A DNA stretch of 64,000 nucleotides from Actinomycetota bacterium (GTDB taxonomy: Bacteria; Actinomycetota; Acidimicrobiia; IMCC26256; PALSA-610): the NCBI GenBank assembly GCA_003134555.1, contig PLBO01000131.1, positions 37,272-101,271 on the forward strand. The letters run 5' to 3'. A program made the position numbers and the translations under genes. Within the stretch, counting starts at the first letter, position 1. Each line of letters opens with the position of its first letter. The notes beneath the pieces are model-generated. The model worked only from the letters and a program-made list of their open reading frames with translations. It was not told where the DNA came from and made no database searches. This document shows positions 8,725 through 17,443 of the stretch, in pieces.

Positions 8725-9195
8725 ATGCCCACGACCGGACCCGCGTTCACGACGCGCAAGCCCCGCTTCAATCACGTCGCGATGAGCCTCACGCCGGAGA
8801 TGCTTGACGAGGAGCACCGCAAGCTGCGTGCCGACTTCTTCGGCGACGTGTTCGGCTTCGTCGACCTTCCGATGATGACGATCGACCGTAAACGTCAGGT
8901 CTTCCAGGTCCACAACATCGAACAGTTCGTGTTCCTCATCGCCGACGACGACGGCTCGGCGATGGAGTGCCCCCGGCTCGACCATTTCGGGCTGTCGGTG
9001 GGGGCGGAGTCGGAGCTCGACGAGATCCTGTCGCGCGCGAAGGCGTGGCAGGCGCGCGACGATCGGGTCGACATCATCGACAAGCAGGTCGACGATCACG
9101 GCATGCTCGCGATCACCAGCATCTACGTGCGCTATCTGCTGCCGATGATGTGCGAGATCCAATGGTGGGACTATCACGAGCCCCGTCCCGAATGA
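8725..9195 (+). CDS. VOC (glyoxalase/dioxygenase-like) family protein, tentative
   Basis: 156 aa. AAGGAG Shine-Dalgarno 7 nt upstream. FNHVAMSL... and LDHFGLSV pseudo-repeat pattern typical of the VOC fold. Same operon as the ADH. Confidence 0.5.
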   Translation: MPTTGPAFTTRKPRFNHVAMSLTPEMLDEEHRKLRADFFGDVFGFVDLPMMTIDRKRQVFQVHNIEQFVFLIADDDGSAMECPRLDHFGLSVGAESELDEILSRAKAWQARDDRVDIIDKQVDDHGMLAITSIYVRYLLPMMCEIQWWDYHEPRPE

Positions 9196-9231
9196 ATCCG
9201 AACCGATTCGAGTGAACCCGGAGGACACTGA

Positions 9232-10209
9232 GTGACGGCGCCGTTGCGATGGGGCGCGTTCGCGCCACAGGGTTGGAAGCTCGAGTACAGCGGATGGGCT
9301 GCGGCCGACGCGTGGGATCGCACGAAGGAGCTGGCGAGGCTCACCGAGCAACTCGGCTATCACCACCTCTGGGTCTACGACCACGTCGAGACGGTTCCGC
9401 GCCGCGAGCCGACGCACGTCTTCGAGGCGTTCACCACCCTCGCCGCGCTCGCGCAGCACACGACCACAATCAAGCTCGGACAGATGGTGACGTGCGCGGC
9501 GTACCGCAACGCCGGTCTGCTCGCGAAGGAAGCCGCGTGCGTCGACGTGTTCTCCGGCGGACGGTTGATCCTCGGCATCGGTGCCGGCTGGTACGAGCGC
9601 GAGTACCAGGCCTACGGCTATCCGTTCCCGAGCGCGGGCACCCGGTTGCAAATCCTCGAAGAGACGGTCGAGGTGGTGAAGCGACTCTGGACCGAGGAAA
9701 CCGTCACCTACCAGGGCAAGCACCTGGCGTTCGACGGCGCGTACTGCGACCCGAAGCCGCTGCAGCAGTTGCCGGAGCTCTGGATCGGTGGAGGGGGCGA
9801 GAAGGTGACGCTGCGTATCGAGGCGCGGCACGCCGACAAGACGAACTGGCAGACCGGCCTCGAGGGGTTCGTGCGCAAGTCGAATCTGCTGCGCGGGTAC
9901 TGCGACGAGGTCGGTCGCGACTTCGACTCGGTCGTGCGCACGCACGGTCCCGATTGCCGCGTGTTCGACACCGAAGCCGACCTGCAACGATGGCTCGACT
10001 CACCTCAGGGCGGCTCGCTGTGGGGTGGAGGCGATCCCGACGAGTACGTCCGCGACAACCTCGTCGGCACGGCGGAGCAGGTCGCGGAGAAAGCCCAGGC
10101 GTTCGTCGACGCGGGTTGTCGAGAGTTCGTGTTGTGGTTCCGCGACTTCCCGTCGTCGGAGAGTCTGGAGGCAATCGCGCACGAAGTCGTGCCGAACGTA
10201 CGGCTCTGA
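9232..10209 (+). CDS. LLM-class F420-dependent oxidoreductase (luciferase-like)
   Basis: GTG start with GGAGGA 6 nt upstream. Motifs: WGAFAPQGWKLEY..., HLWVYDH, LILGIGAGWYEREYQAYGYPFPSAGTRLQILEE and WIGGGGEKVTL. Confidence 0.85.
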   Translation: MTAPLRWGAFAPQGWKLEYSGWAAADAWDRTKELARLTEQLGYHHLWVYDHVETVPRREPTHVFEAFTTLAALAQHTTTIKLGQMVTCAAYRNAGLLAKEAACVDVFSGGRLILGIGAGWYEREYQAYGYPFPSAGTRLQILEETVEVVKRLWTEETVTYQGKHLAFDGAYCDPKPLQQLPELWIGGGGEKVTLRIEARHADKTNWQTGLEGFVRKSNLLRGYCDEVGRDFDSVVRTHGPDCRVFDTEADLQRWLDSPQGGSLWGGGDPDEYVRDNLVGTAEQVAEKAQAFVDAGCREFVLWFRDFPSSESLEAIAHEVVPNVRL

Positions 10210-10237
10210 GCGCGCCCCGGCACTAGGTTTCGCATCC

Positions 10238-11824
10238 GTGACGGCCCTCTCCGACGCGCCCTTGCGCAAGACCGGGTCGACAGCGCCGGCGCTCGACCGG
10301 CGTCCGGTCCCGCGGCTCGTGGTCGCCGCATTCGTCGTGATCGGATGCGCGGGTCTCGTCTTCTTCTCGTACACGCGGTCCGCACTCTGGCTCGACGAGG
10401 CCCTCACCGTGAACATCGCACGGTTGCCGCTGTCGCAGCTGCAAGAAGCGCTGAAGCACGACGGCGCCCCGCCGCTCTACTACGTGTTGTTGCACTTCTG
10501 GACCGAAGTGTTCGGCACGGGCAACGTGGCCGTCCGCTCGATGTCCGGCGTGTTCATGGCCGGTGCGGTCGTTGCGACATGGTTCGCGGCGCGGCGCTTC
10601 GCCGGCACCAAGGCCGCGTGGATCGCGGCGGCGGTGATGGTCGCCAGCCCGTATGCAATCCGCTATGCGACCGAAGCGCGGATGTACTCGCTCGAGATGC
10701 TTCTCGTCGCGTCGGGCATCGTCGCGTTCCAACGGGCGATGGAGAAGCCGAGCGCATCGCGACTGTTCGTGGTCGCGCTGCTCGTTGCCCTTTTCGTCTA
10801 CACGCAGTATTGGTCGTTCTACCTACTCGTCGTCGTCGTCGGCCTGCTCGTCTGGATGGTGTGGCGCGGGCAACAACGAGACGCGGCGCGACGCGTGCTC
10901 GTCGCGGTCGCGATCGGCGGTCTGGCGTTCGTACCGTGGGTGCCGACCTTCCTCTACCAGCGCGCACACACGGGGACCCCGTGGGGCACGCCCGTGCTCC
11001 CCGGGATTCCGCTCGGCTACACACTGCGCGACTTCGCGGGTGGCGCGAGCGGAACCGCGGCCGACCGCCAGGAAGGCTGGCTGCTGTTCTTCATCCTCCT
11101 TCCGATGCTCATCCTGGGCGTGTTCGCGCACGCAATCGACGAACGACGGATCGAGATCGATCTGCACATTCCCCGCGAGACTCGGGTGATCGCATTCGTC
11201 GGTGGCGCCGGACTCGTCGTGGCCCTGACGCTGAACTACCTCGCCGGCGGCGCGTTCCAATCGCGTTACGGCGCGATCGTCTTCCCCTTCTTCGTGCTAC
11301 TCGTCGCCCGCGGCTTCACGACGTTGCGCGACACGCGTGTCCTTGCGGGAGTCCTCGCGCTGGCGGTCGCGCTCGGCTTCGCCGGGGGAGTGCGCAACGT
11401 GATCACTCAACGCACGCAGGCCGGCGCGGTCGCGTCGGTGCTACGCCGCGAGGCGAAGCCCGGGGACCTCGTGGTCTACTGCCCCGACCAGATCGGTCCA
11501 TCCGTGCACCGGCTCGTGCAGCCCGGTCTCGACGAGGTCGTGTACCCGAACTTCGCGCGACCGGAGTTCGTCGACTGGGTCGACTACAAGAAGCGGCTCT
11601 CCGTTGCCGATCCGGCCACGTTCGCGCGAGCCGCGCTGAAACGTGCGGGCGCGCACACGCTCTGGTTCGTGAGCGCTCCCGGTTACATCACGCACGTCGG
11701 CACTTGCGAGACTCTCTCCGACGACTTGGCGGCGGCGCGTACCCGCGTGCAGCGCACGCTCTCCGACGACAAGATCTTCGAGAAGCCCGCGCTCCAGATG
11801 TTCCCCGCGCCCGCAAGGAGCTGA
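10238..11824 (+). CDS. GT-C membrane glycosyltransferase (GT39 / PMT_2-like mannosyltransferase)
   Basis: In-frame GTG at 10238 of ORF 10025..11824. First-loop DE motif (ALWLDEALTVNIA), PPLYYVLLHFW, and many TM spans followed by a soluble C-terminal domain. Confidence 0.7.
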   Translation: MTALSDAPLRKTGSTAPALDRRPVPRLVVAAFVVIGCAGLVFFSYTRSALWLDEALTVNIARLPLSQLQEALKHDGAPPLYYVLLHFWTEVFGTGNVAVRSMSGVFMAGAVVATWFAARRFAGTKAAWIAAAVMVASPYAIRYATEARMYSLEMLLVASGIVAFQRAMEKPSASRLFVVALLVALFVYTQYWSFYLLVVVVGLLVWMVWRGQQRDAARRVLVAVAIGGLAFVPWVPTFLYQRAHTGTPWGTPVLPGIPLGYTLRDFAGGASGTAADRQEGWLLFFILLPMLILGVFAHAIDERRIEIDLHIPRETRVIAFVGGAGLVVALTLNYLAGGAFQSRYGAIVFPFFVLLVARGFTTLRDTRVLAGVLALAVALGFAGGVRNVITQRTQAGAVASVLRREAKPGDLVVYCPDQIGPSVHRLVQPGLDEVVYPNFARPEFVDWVDYKKRLSVADPATFARAALKRAGAHTLWFVSAPGYITHVGTCETLSDDLAAARTRVQRTLSDDKIFEKPALQMFPAPARS

Positions 11825-12910
11825 ATGCGCGCCCTTCCTCGCGCCGCCCGCTCGGTGCTCGTCCCGTTCGTCGTCTCCCGGTTCGTCGTGCTCGGTGCGC
11901 TCGTAACGATCCGCCACATCATCACTACCCGCCACTTTCTCCCGGTACCCGCCGAGATCCATTCCGGGCTCCTCGCGTGGGACGCGGCCTGGTACCACGA
12001 CATCGCGCGGTTCGGTTACGACCGCGTGCCAATGGAGGGGTTGCGTTTCTTCCCCGTGTTCCCGCTCCTCGCGCGCGCCGTGTCGTGGCTTCCCGGAGCC
12101 GACGCCGGCTTCGGTGCCGTCTTCGTCGCGAACGCTTCCGCGCTGGCACTGGGCTTCGCGCTCTACCGGCTGGTGATGCAGGAGCGCGGCGACTCCGCGC
12201 TCGCGCGCCGCGCGGTTTGGCTCGTCTACCTCGTGCCTCCCGCCTTCGTGCTGGTCATGGGTTACGCCGAGGCCACCTTCATGACGTTCGCAGCTCTCGC
12301 GCTCGTCGGTTTGCGATCGCGTCGCTGGTGGCTCGCGGCCGCCTTCGGCTTCTTGGCCGGCCTGACCCGACCGGTCGGCGCGCTGCTCGCGGTGCCGGCC
12401 GTCGTCGAAGGCTGGCGGACGCGCGACTTCAAGGCCGCGGTACCCGCGGCGGCGCCGGTCGCGGGTCTGTTCGCGTACCTCGCCTGGGCCGCGCGGCGCA
12501 CACACGACTTCTGGTACCCGCTGCGGGCGCAACAGGATCCGACGCGGCGCGGCCGTTGGGTCGATCCGGTGCGCGCGGTCGCGCACAACGTGCACGAGTT
12601 GTTCGTCGGCGACCACGTGAGCGCGGGCGTGCACGTCGTGAGCGCCATCGTGTTCGTCGCGCTGCTCGTCGTGATCGCGCGGCGCTGGCCTCTCTCCTTC
12701 GCGATCTACGCGGGCGCGGCGCTCGTCGTCGCGCTGAGCAGTCGCAACCTCGACTCGCTGGAGCGCTACGGGCTGGCGACCCTGCCGTTCGTACTCGCGG
12801 GCGCCGACGTCATCGCCGAACCGGGACGGGAACGCGTCGTCTTGTGTCTCGCCGGTGCCGGCCTCGTCGCCGCTTCGATGCTCGCGTTCAGCGGCGTACT
12901 GGTGCCCTGA
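11825..12910 (+). CDS. GT-C membrane glycosyltransferase (PIG-V / GT76-like), tentative
   Basis: ATG lies immediately after the upstream TGA. LLAWDAAWYHDIARFGY motif and about 8-9 TM spans. Confidence 0.55.
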   Translation: MRALPRAARSVLVPFVVSRFVVLGALVTIRHIITTRHFLPVPAEIHSGLLAWDAAWYHDIARFGYDRVPMEGLRFFPVFPLLARAVSWLPGADAGFGAVFVANASALALGFALYRLVMQERGDSALARRAVWLVYLVPPAFVLVMGYAEATFMTFAALALVGLRSRRWWLAAAFGFLAGLTRPVGALLAVPAVVEGWRTRDFKAAVPAAAPVAGLFAYLAWAARRTHDFWYPLRAQQDPTRRGRWVDPVRAVAHNVHELFVGDHVSAGVHVVSAIVFVALLVVIARRWPLSFAIYAGAALVVALSSRNLDSLERYGLATLPFVLAGADVIAEPGRERVVLCLAGAGLVAASMLAFSGVLVP

Positions 12911-12966
12911 TCAACCCGTCCGCCGGAGACGGCATTGAGCCGGCCGGTCACTACAATCGGCCGGTC

Positions 12967-14499
12967 ATGTCGACCGCGGAAACACCGGAGCCCGATCTGT
13001 CGGTCGTGATCATCGGCGCGGGCCCGGCCGGTCTCACCGCCGCGTACCAGCTCATGAAGGCCGGGCACGCGGGCAACGTCACGATCCTCGAGTCCGACGA
13101 CGTCGTCGGCGGCATCAGTCGTACCGTCCAGCGCGACGGCTGGCGCTTCGACATCGGCGGTCACCGCTTCTTCACGAAGGTGCGAGCGGTCGACGATCTG
13201 TGGTGGGAGATCCTCGGGTCGGAGAACTTCCTGAGCCGCCCGCGCCAGAGCCGCATCTTCTACCACGGCAAGCTCTACGACTACCCGCTCGTCCCGATGA
13301 ACGCGCTGCGCAATCTGGGCCCCGTGGAGGCGACGCGTTGCGTCGCGTCGTATCTGTGGGCGCGGGTCCACCCGCCGAAGAATCAGGACACGCTCGAGGG
13401 ATTCATCGCGGGCCGGTTCGGCTGGCGTCTGTACCGCCACTTCTTCAAGACGTACAACGAAAAGGTCTGGGGTGTGTCGGCATCCGAGATCTCGTCCGAC
13501 TGGGGCGCGCAACGCATCAAGAACCTCTCGCTGTTCCGCGCGGTCTGGGAAGCATTGAAGCAAGCATGGAAGCCGAAGCGCTCCGGCTCCAAGCGCGACA
13601 AGTCGAAGATGGTCACGAGTCTCATCGACGAGTTCAACTACCCGAAGTACGGCCCGGGGATGATGTGGGAGGTCGCGGCCGAGAAGGTCACGGCCGCGGG
13701 CGCGACGATCGAGTTCGACCGTCGCGTCACCGCGATCCACCACGCCGACGGTGCCGCGACCGCGGTCGTCGCGGTCGACCGCGACGGAGTCGAGCGCGTC
13801 TATCCCTGCACGCATGTGATCTCGTCGATGCCGATAGGCGCGCTCTGCAACGCGATGCAGCCCGGAGTCGACGCAACGACGCATGCCGCGGCCGGCGATC
13901 TCCGTTACCGCGACCACCTGACGGTCGCGCTCGTCGTCCCGCAGGAGTACTCGTTCACCGACAACTGGATCTACATCCACGACCCCGACGTCGAGGTCGG
14001 GCGGGTGCAGAACTTCGGTTCGTGGTCGCCGTACATGGTGAAGGACGGCCGCACGTGCCTCGGTCTCGAGTTCTTCGTCAACGAGGGCGACGACATGTGG
14101 ACGAAGTCCGACGACGACCTGATCGAGCAGGCGAAGCGTGAGATGCAAGTGCTGGGGCTCGTCGCCGATTCGAGCCGGGTCGAAGCGGGCTATGTCGTGC
14201 GGATGCCGAAGGCGTATCCGGTCTACGACGAGATGTACCAGGGCAACGTCGAGTCGATGCGCAAGTGGCTGGCCGCGAACACTCCCAACGTGTTTCCGTG
14301 CGGTCGCAACGGCATGCACAAGTACAACAACCAGGATCACTCCATGCTGACCGCGATGCTTTCGGTCGACAACATCCTGGGCGCCGACCACGACGTCTGG
14401 TCGGTGAACGTCGAGGCCGAGTACCACGAGGAGCGCGCCGACGACGCCAAGAGCGGCCGCACGGGCCGCGACGCGCCCTTCTTGCCCCGCACCTCGTAA
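12967..14499 (+). CDS. NAD(P)/FAD-dependent oxidoreductase (amine-oxidase/UGM-like fold)
   Basis: In-frame ATG at 12967 in the long ORF 10345..14499. Dinucleotide-binding motif: LSVVIIGAGPAGLTAAYQL...ILESDDVVGGISRT...FDIGGHRFF. Confidence 0.8.
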   Translation: MSTAETPEPDLSVVIIGAGPAGLTAAYQLMKAGHAGNVTILESDDVVGGISRTVQRDGWRFDIGGHRFFTKVRAVDDLWWEILGSENFLSRPRQSRIFYHGKLYDYPLVPMNALRNLGPVEATRCVASYLWARVHPPKNQDTLEGFIAGRFGWRLYRHFFKTYNEKVWGVSASEISSDWGAQRIKNLSLFRAVWEALKQAWKPKRSGSKRDKSKMVTSLIDEFNYPKYGPGMMWEVAAEKVTAAGATIEFDRRVTAIHHADGAATAVVAVDRDGVERVYPCTHVISSMPIGALCNAMQPGVDATTHAAAGDLRYRDHLTVALVVPQEYSFTDNWIYIHDPDVEVGRVQNFGSWSPYMVKDGRTCLGLEFFVNEGDDMWTKSDDDLIEQAKREMQVLGLVADSSRVEAGYVVRMPKAYPVYDEMYQGNVESMRKWLAANTPNVFPCGRNGMHKYNNQDHSMLTAMLSVDNILGADHDVWSVNVEAEYHEERADDAKSGRTGRDAPFLPRTS

Positions 14500-14516
14500 G
14501 GCCGCGCGCGCGGCGA

Positions 14517-15287
14517 TTACCGCGGGAGGCGGTCGCGATGCAGCACGCGGTCGCGGAATCCCCACCAGGTGACGAGCAGCATTGCCTCGGCGACGATCCG
14601 CCACGACATCTTCGAGTTGCCGCGCACGCGGTCGGTGAACGCGATCGGAATCTCGTCGATCTTCCCGCCCGCGGCCAGGACGCGGTACGTCATCTCGATC
14701 TGGAATCCGTATCCGGTCGAGTGCGTGGTGTCGAAGTCGATCGCGCGCAAGATCGACGCGCGGTACGCGCGGTAGCCGGCCGTCGTGTCGCGCACGCCGA
14801 TGCCGAGACAGAACGCGGAGTAACGGTTGCCCGCAACCGACAGTGCGAGCCGGTGCCGGGGCCAGTTCGGCACGCTCCCACCGGTCGCGTAACGCGACCC
14901 GACTGCGAGGTCGGCTCCCTGCTCGACCGCGGCCAGGAGGCGCGGCAGGTCGGCCGGGTTGTGCGAGAGGTCGGCGTCGATCTGGATCATGAGGTCGAAG
15001 CCGCGCGCGACGCCGACCGCGTGGCCGGCCCGGTACGCGCTGCCCAGACCCATCTTCTTCGGCCGCCGCAATACCTCGATGCCGCCGAGCTCCGCGCCGA
15101 GGGCTTCGGCCTTCTCGGCGGTTCCGTCGAGGCTGTTGTCGTCGACCACGAGGATGTGGGCGGCCGGAACGGCCTCGCGGACGCCGCGGATCAGCCGTTC
15201 GATGTTCTCGACCTCCTCGTACGTCGGAACTGTGACCCACACGCTCGGATCGTCGACCTCCGGTTCGTTCGAGCTGCGGCTCGTCAC
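14517..15287 (-). CDS. polyprenol-phosphate mannose synthase-like GT2 glycosyltransferase
   Basis: In-frame GTG at 15287 overlaps the upstream stop by 4 nt (GTGA). GT2 motifs: VWVTVPTYEEVENI, ILVVDDNSLDGT and QIDADLSHNPADLPRLL. Confidence 0.82.
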   Translation of the reverse strand: MTSRSSNEPEVDDPSVWVTVPTYEEVENIERLIRGVREAVPAAHILVVDDNSLDGTAEKAEALGAELGGIEVLRRPKKMGLGSAYRAGHAVGVARGFDLMIQIDADLSHNPADLPRLLAAVEQGADLAVGSRYATGGSVPNWPRHRLALSVAGNRYSAFCLGIGVRDTTAGYRAYRASILRAIDFDTTHSTGYGFQIEMTYRVLAAGGKIDEIPIAFTDRVRGNSKMSWRIVAEAMLLVTWWGFRDRVLHRDRLPR

Positions 15288-16084
15288 CCCCGGCTCGCTT
15301 TCACCCGCGGGCGCCGGGCGATCGCGAACAGGCCCGGCGTGCGTTCGTCGACGTGCTCGGTGGCGAAGAAGTTCCGCTCCGACAGACCCGAGCCGATCCC
15401 GGTGCGACCGCGGCCGAGCATTCGATACGCGAGCGGCAACACGTGTTCGTACGTCCACACGTATGCGGGCCTCGGCATGCGCTGCCGCAATCGGAACACG
15501 TCGAGGCGGAGCAGGCGCTCACCGCCGGCGCGGCGAGACGCGAAGTCGGTGTGGAGGGCGTCGTCACCCTCGAGGCCGAGGCAGGTCACCTCGTCGAAGA
15601 ACAGCGAAAGCAGCGACACGAGCTGCGCCCGCTCGAACAGGTAGACGTGAAACGGGTTCTCGAAGTCGGCGGGCGCGTTCGGTGTGATAACGAATGCCGT
15701 GCCGTCGGTGCGCAAGGTGCGCGCGAGGTCGGCGACGTGCGTGACCGGGTTGGTGAAGTGCTCGATGATGTGCGACGACACGACGAAGTCGACGCTGCGG
15801 TCGCGCACGGCGAGCGCCGAGCCGTCGAACGCGCAGAATCGCAGCCCGTCGACCTCCACGTGTTCGGCCGCGGCCGCGCGCACAGTCTCCGCGCTGTAGT
15901 CGGCGCCGATGACGAGCCGGTCGGATGCGGCGAGGCGCCGCGTCTCGTCGCCGATGCCGCAGCCGACGTCGATCGTGATGCCCGGGCCGAGCCGCGCGAG
16001 CACTTCGCGGTATCCGGCGTCGTGAAACGCGAGCAACGAGTCGGGTGTCGCCCCCTGCATCGGGCGTTCGCCCGTCAGCTTCAT
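15284..16084 (-). CDS. class I SAM-dependent methyltransferase
   Basis: In-frame ATG at 16084 (MKLTGERPMQG...). SAM motif: ITIDVGCGIGDETRRL. Also FVVSSHIIEHF. Confidence 0.8.
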   Translation of the reverse strand: MKLTGERPMQGATPDSLLAFHDAGYREVLARLGPGITIDVGCGIGDETRRLAASDRLVIGADYSAETVRAAAAEHVEVDGLRFCAFDGSALAVRDRSVDFVVSSHIIEHFTNPVTHVADLARTLRTDGTAFVITPNAPADFENPFHVYLFERAQLVSLLSLFFDEVTCLGLEGDDALHTDFASRRAGGERLLRLDVFRLRQRMPRPAYVWTYEHVLPLAYRMLGRGRTGIGSGLSERNFFATEHVDERTPGLFAIARRPRVKASRG

Positions 16085-16270
16085 GTCCTCGGCTCCGTCA
16101 CCTCGCCTACAAGGCGGTCGAGCGTACAACGGAGGGTGACCGGGGAGGCGGTCGCCGAGCAGGAAGGATGTGAAGAAGGAGAAACAAGCGGGACCGGCTC
16201 TAGACTCCCACGCCGTCCTCGTTGTTCGTCCGTGCCGCGGAGGCCCACTTCCTTGACCGATCCCGCCCGT

Positions 16271-17443
16271 ATGGGTGCCGGCTCCGACGACGTTGCCCAA
16301 CTCGGCGATATCGCAGCGGCCGCGGGACTCCGGAGGATCGCGATCCTCGCGTGGCGCGACATCGACGATCCCGAGGCGGGCGGATCGGAGATTCACGCGT
16401 CCCGGGTCGCCGCGCTCTGGGGTCAGGCCGGCATCGAGGTGACGATGCGAACGTCGTACGCGCCCGGAGCGGCTCAGGTCCGCTGGCGAGACGGCTACCG
16501 CGTCATCCGCAAGGCGGGCCGCTACCTCGTGTTCCCGCGCGCGGCGTTCAGCGAGATGATGGGTTGGCACGGCGCGAGCGACGCGCTCGTCGAGATCTGG
16601 AACGGGATGCCCTTCTTCTCGCCGGTCTGGGCGGCCAAGCGCCCGCGGGCGGTGTGGTTGCACCACGTGCACGACTCGATGTGGGAGATGACGTTGCCCC
16701 CGCGTCTCGCGCGGCTCGGACGCAGCATCGAGTTCCAGATCGCACCGCCGATCTATCGACGATCACGAATCGTGACGCTGTCGGAGTCGTCGAAGGAAGA
16801 GATCGCGCGCCGGCTACGCCTTCGGCCGTCGAACATCACGGTGGTGCCGCCGGGGGTCGATCCAACGTTCCGTCCGGGCGGAACGCGTGATCAATCACCC
16901 CTGGTTGTCGCCGTCGGGCGGCTCGTGCCGGTCAAGCGCTTCGATGTTCTCATCGACGCGCTCGCCGAGGTCAAGGTCCGCCGGCCCGAGTTGCGCGCGG
17001 TGATCGTCGGTGAGGGCTACGAACGCGACGCGCTCGAGCGCCGGATCGCGGAGCTCGACGCGGGCGGATGGATCTCGCTGCCGGGTCGCGTCGACTACGC
17101 CACGCTGCTCGACCTCTACCGGCGCGCCTGGGTCCTGGCGAGCGCGTCGCGCCACGAGGGTTGGGGGATGACGATCACCGAGGCGGCCGCGTGCCAGACG
17201 CCGTCGGTCGCGACCCGCATCGCGGGTCACAGTGACGCGATCGTCGACGGGACGACCGGACTCCTCGTCGACGACGACAAGGGTCTTGCCGCGTCGCTCG
17301 ATCGCGTCCTTCGCGACGACGCGTTCCGTGCGCTGCTCGGGAAGAACGCGCTCGAGCATGCGTCGAAGTTCACGTGGGCGGCAACGGCGCGAGGAACCCT
17401 CGAGGTGCTCGCCGCTGAGGCCCAGCGCCGCAAAACGGCGTGA
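16271..17443 (+). CDS. glycosyltransferase family 4 (GT-B fold)
   Basis: In-frame ATG at 16271. The alternative start is TTG 16253, with GGAGG 9 nt upstream. Motifs: RIAILAWRDIDDPEAGGSEIH, VGRLVPVKRFDVLIDA and the EX7E region (RHEGWGMTITEAAACQTP). Confidence 0.82.
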   Translation: MGAGSDDVAQLGDIAAAAGLRRIAILAWRDIDDPEAGGSEIHASRVAALWGQAGIEVTMRTSYAPGAAQVRWRDGYRVIRKAGRYLVFPRAAFSEMMGWHGASDALVEIWNGMPFFSPVWAAKRPRAVWLHHVHDSMWEMTLPPRLARLGRSIEFQIAPPIYRRSRIVTLSESSKEEIARRLRLRPSNITVVPPGVDPTFRPGGTRDQSPLVVAVGRLVPVKRFDVLIDALAEVKVRRPELRAVIVGEGYERDALERRIAELDAGGWISLPGRVDYATLLDLYRRAWVLASASRHEGWGMTITEAAACQTPSVATRIAGHSDAIVDGTTGLLVDDDKGLAASLDRVLRDDAFRALLGKNALEHASKFTWAATARGTLEVLAAEAQRRKTA

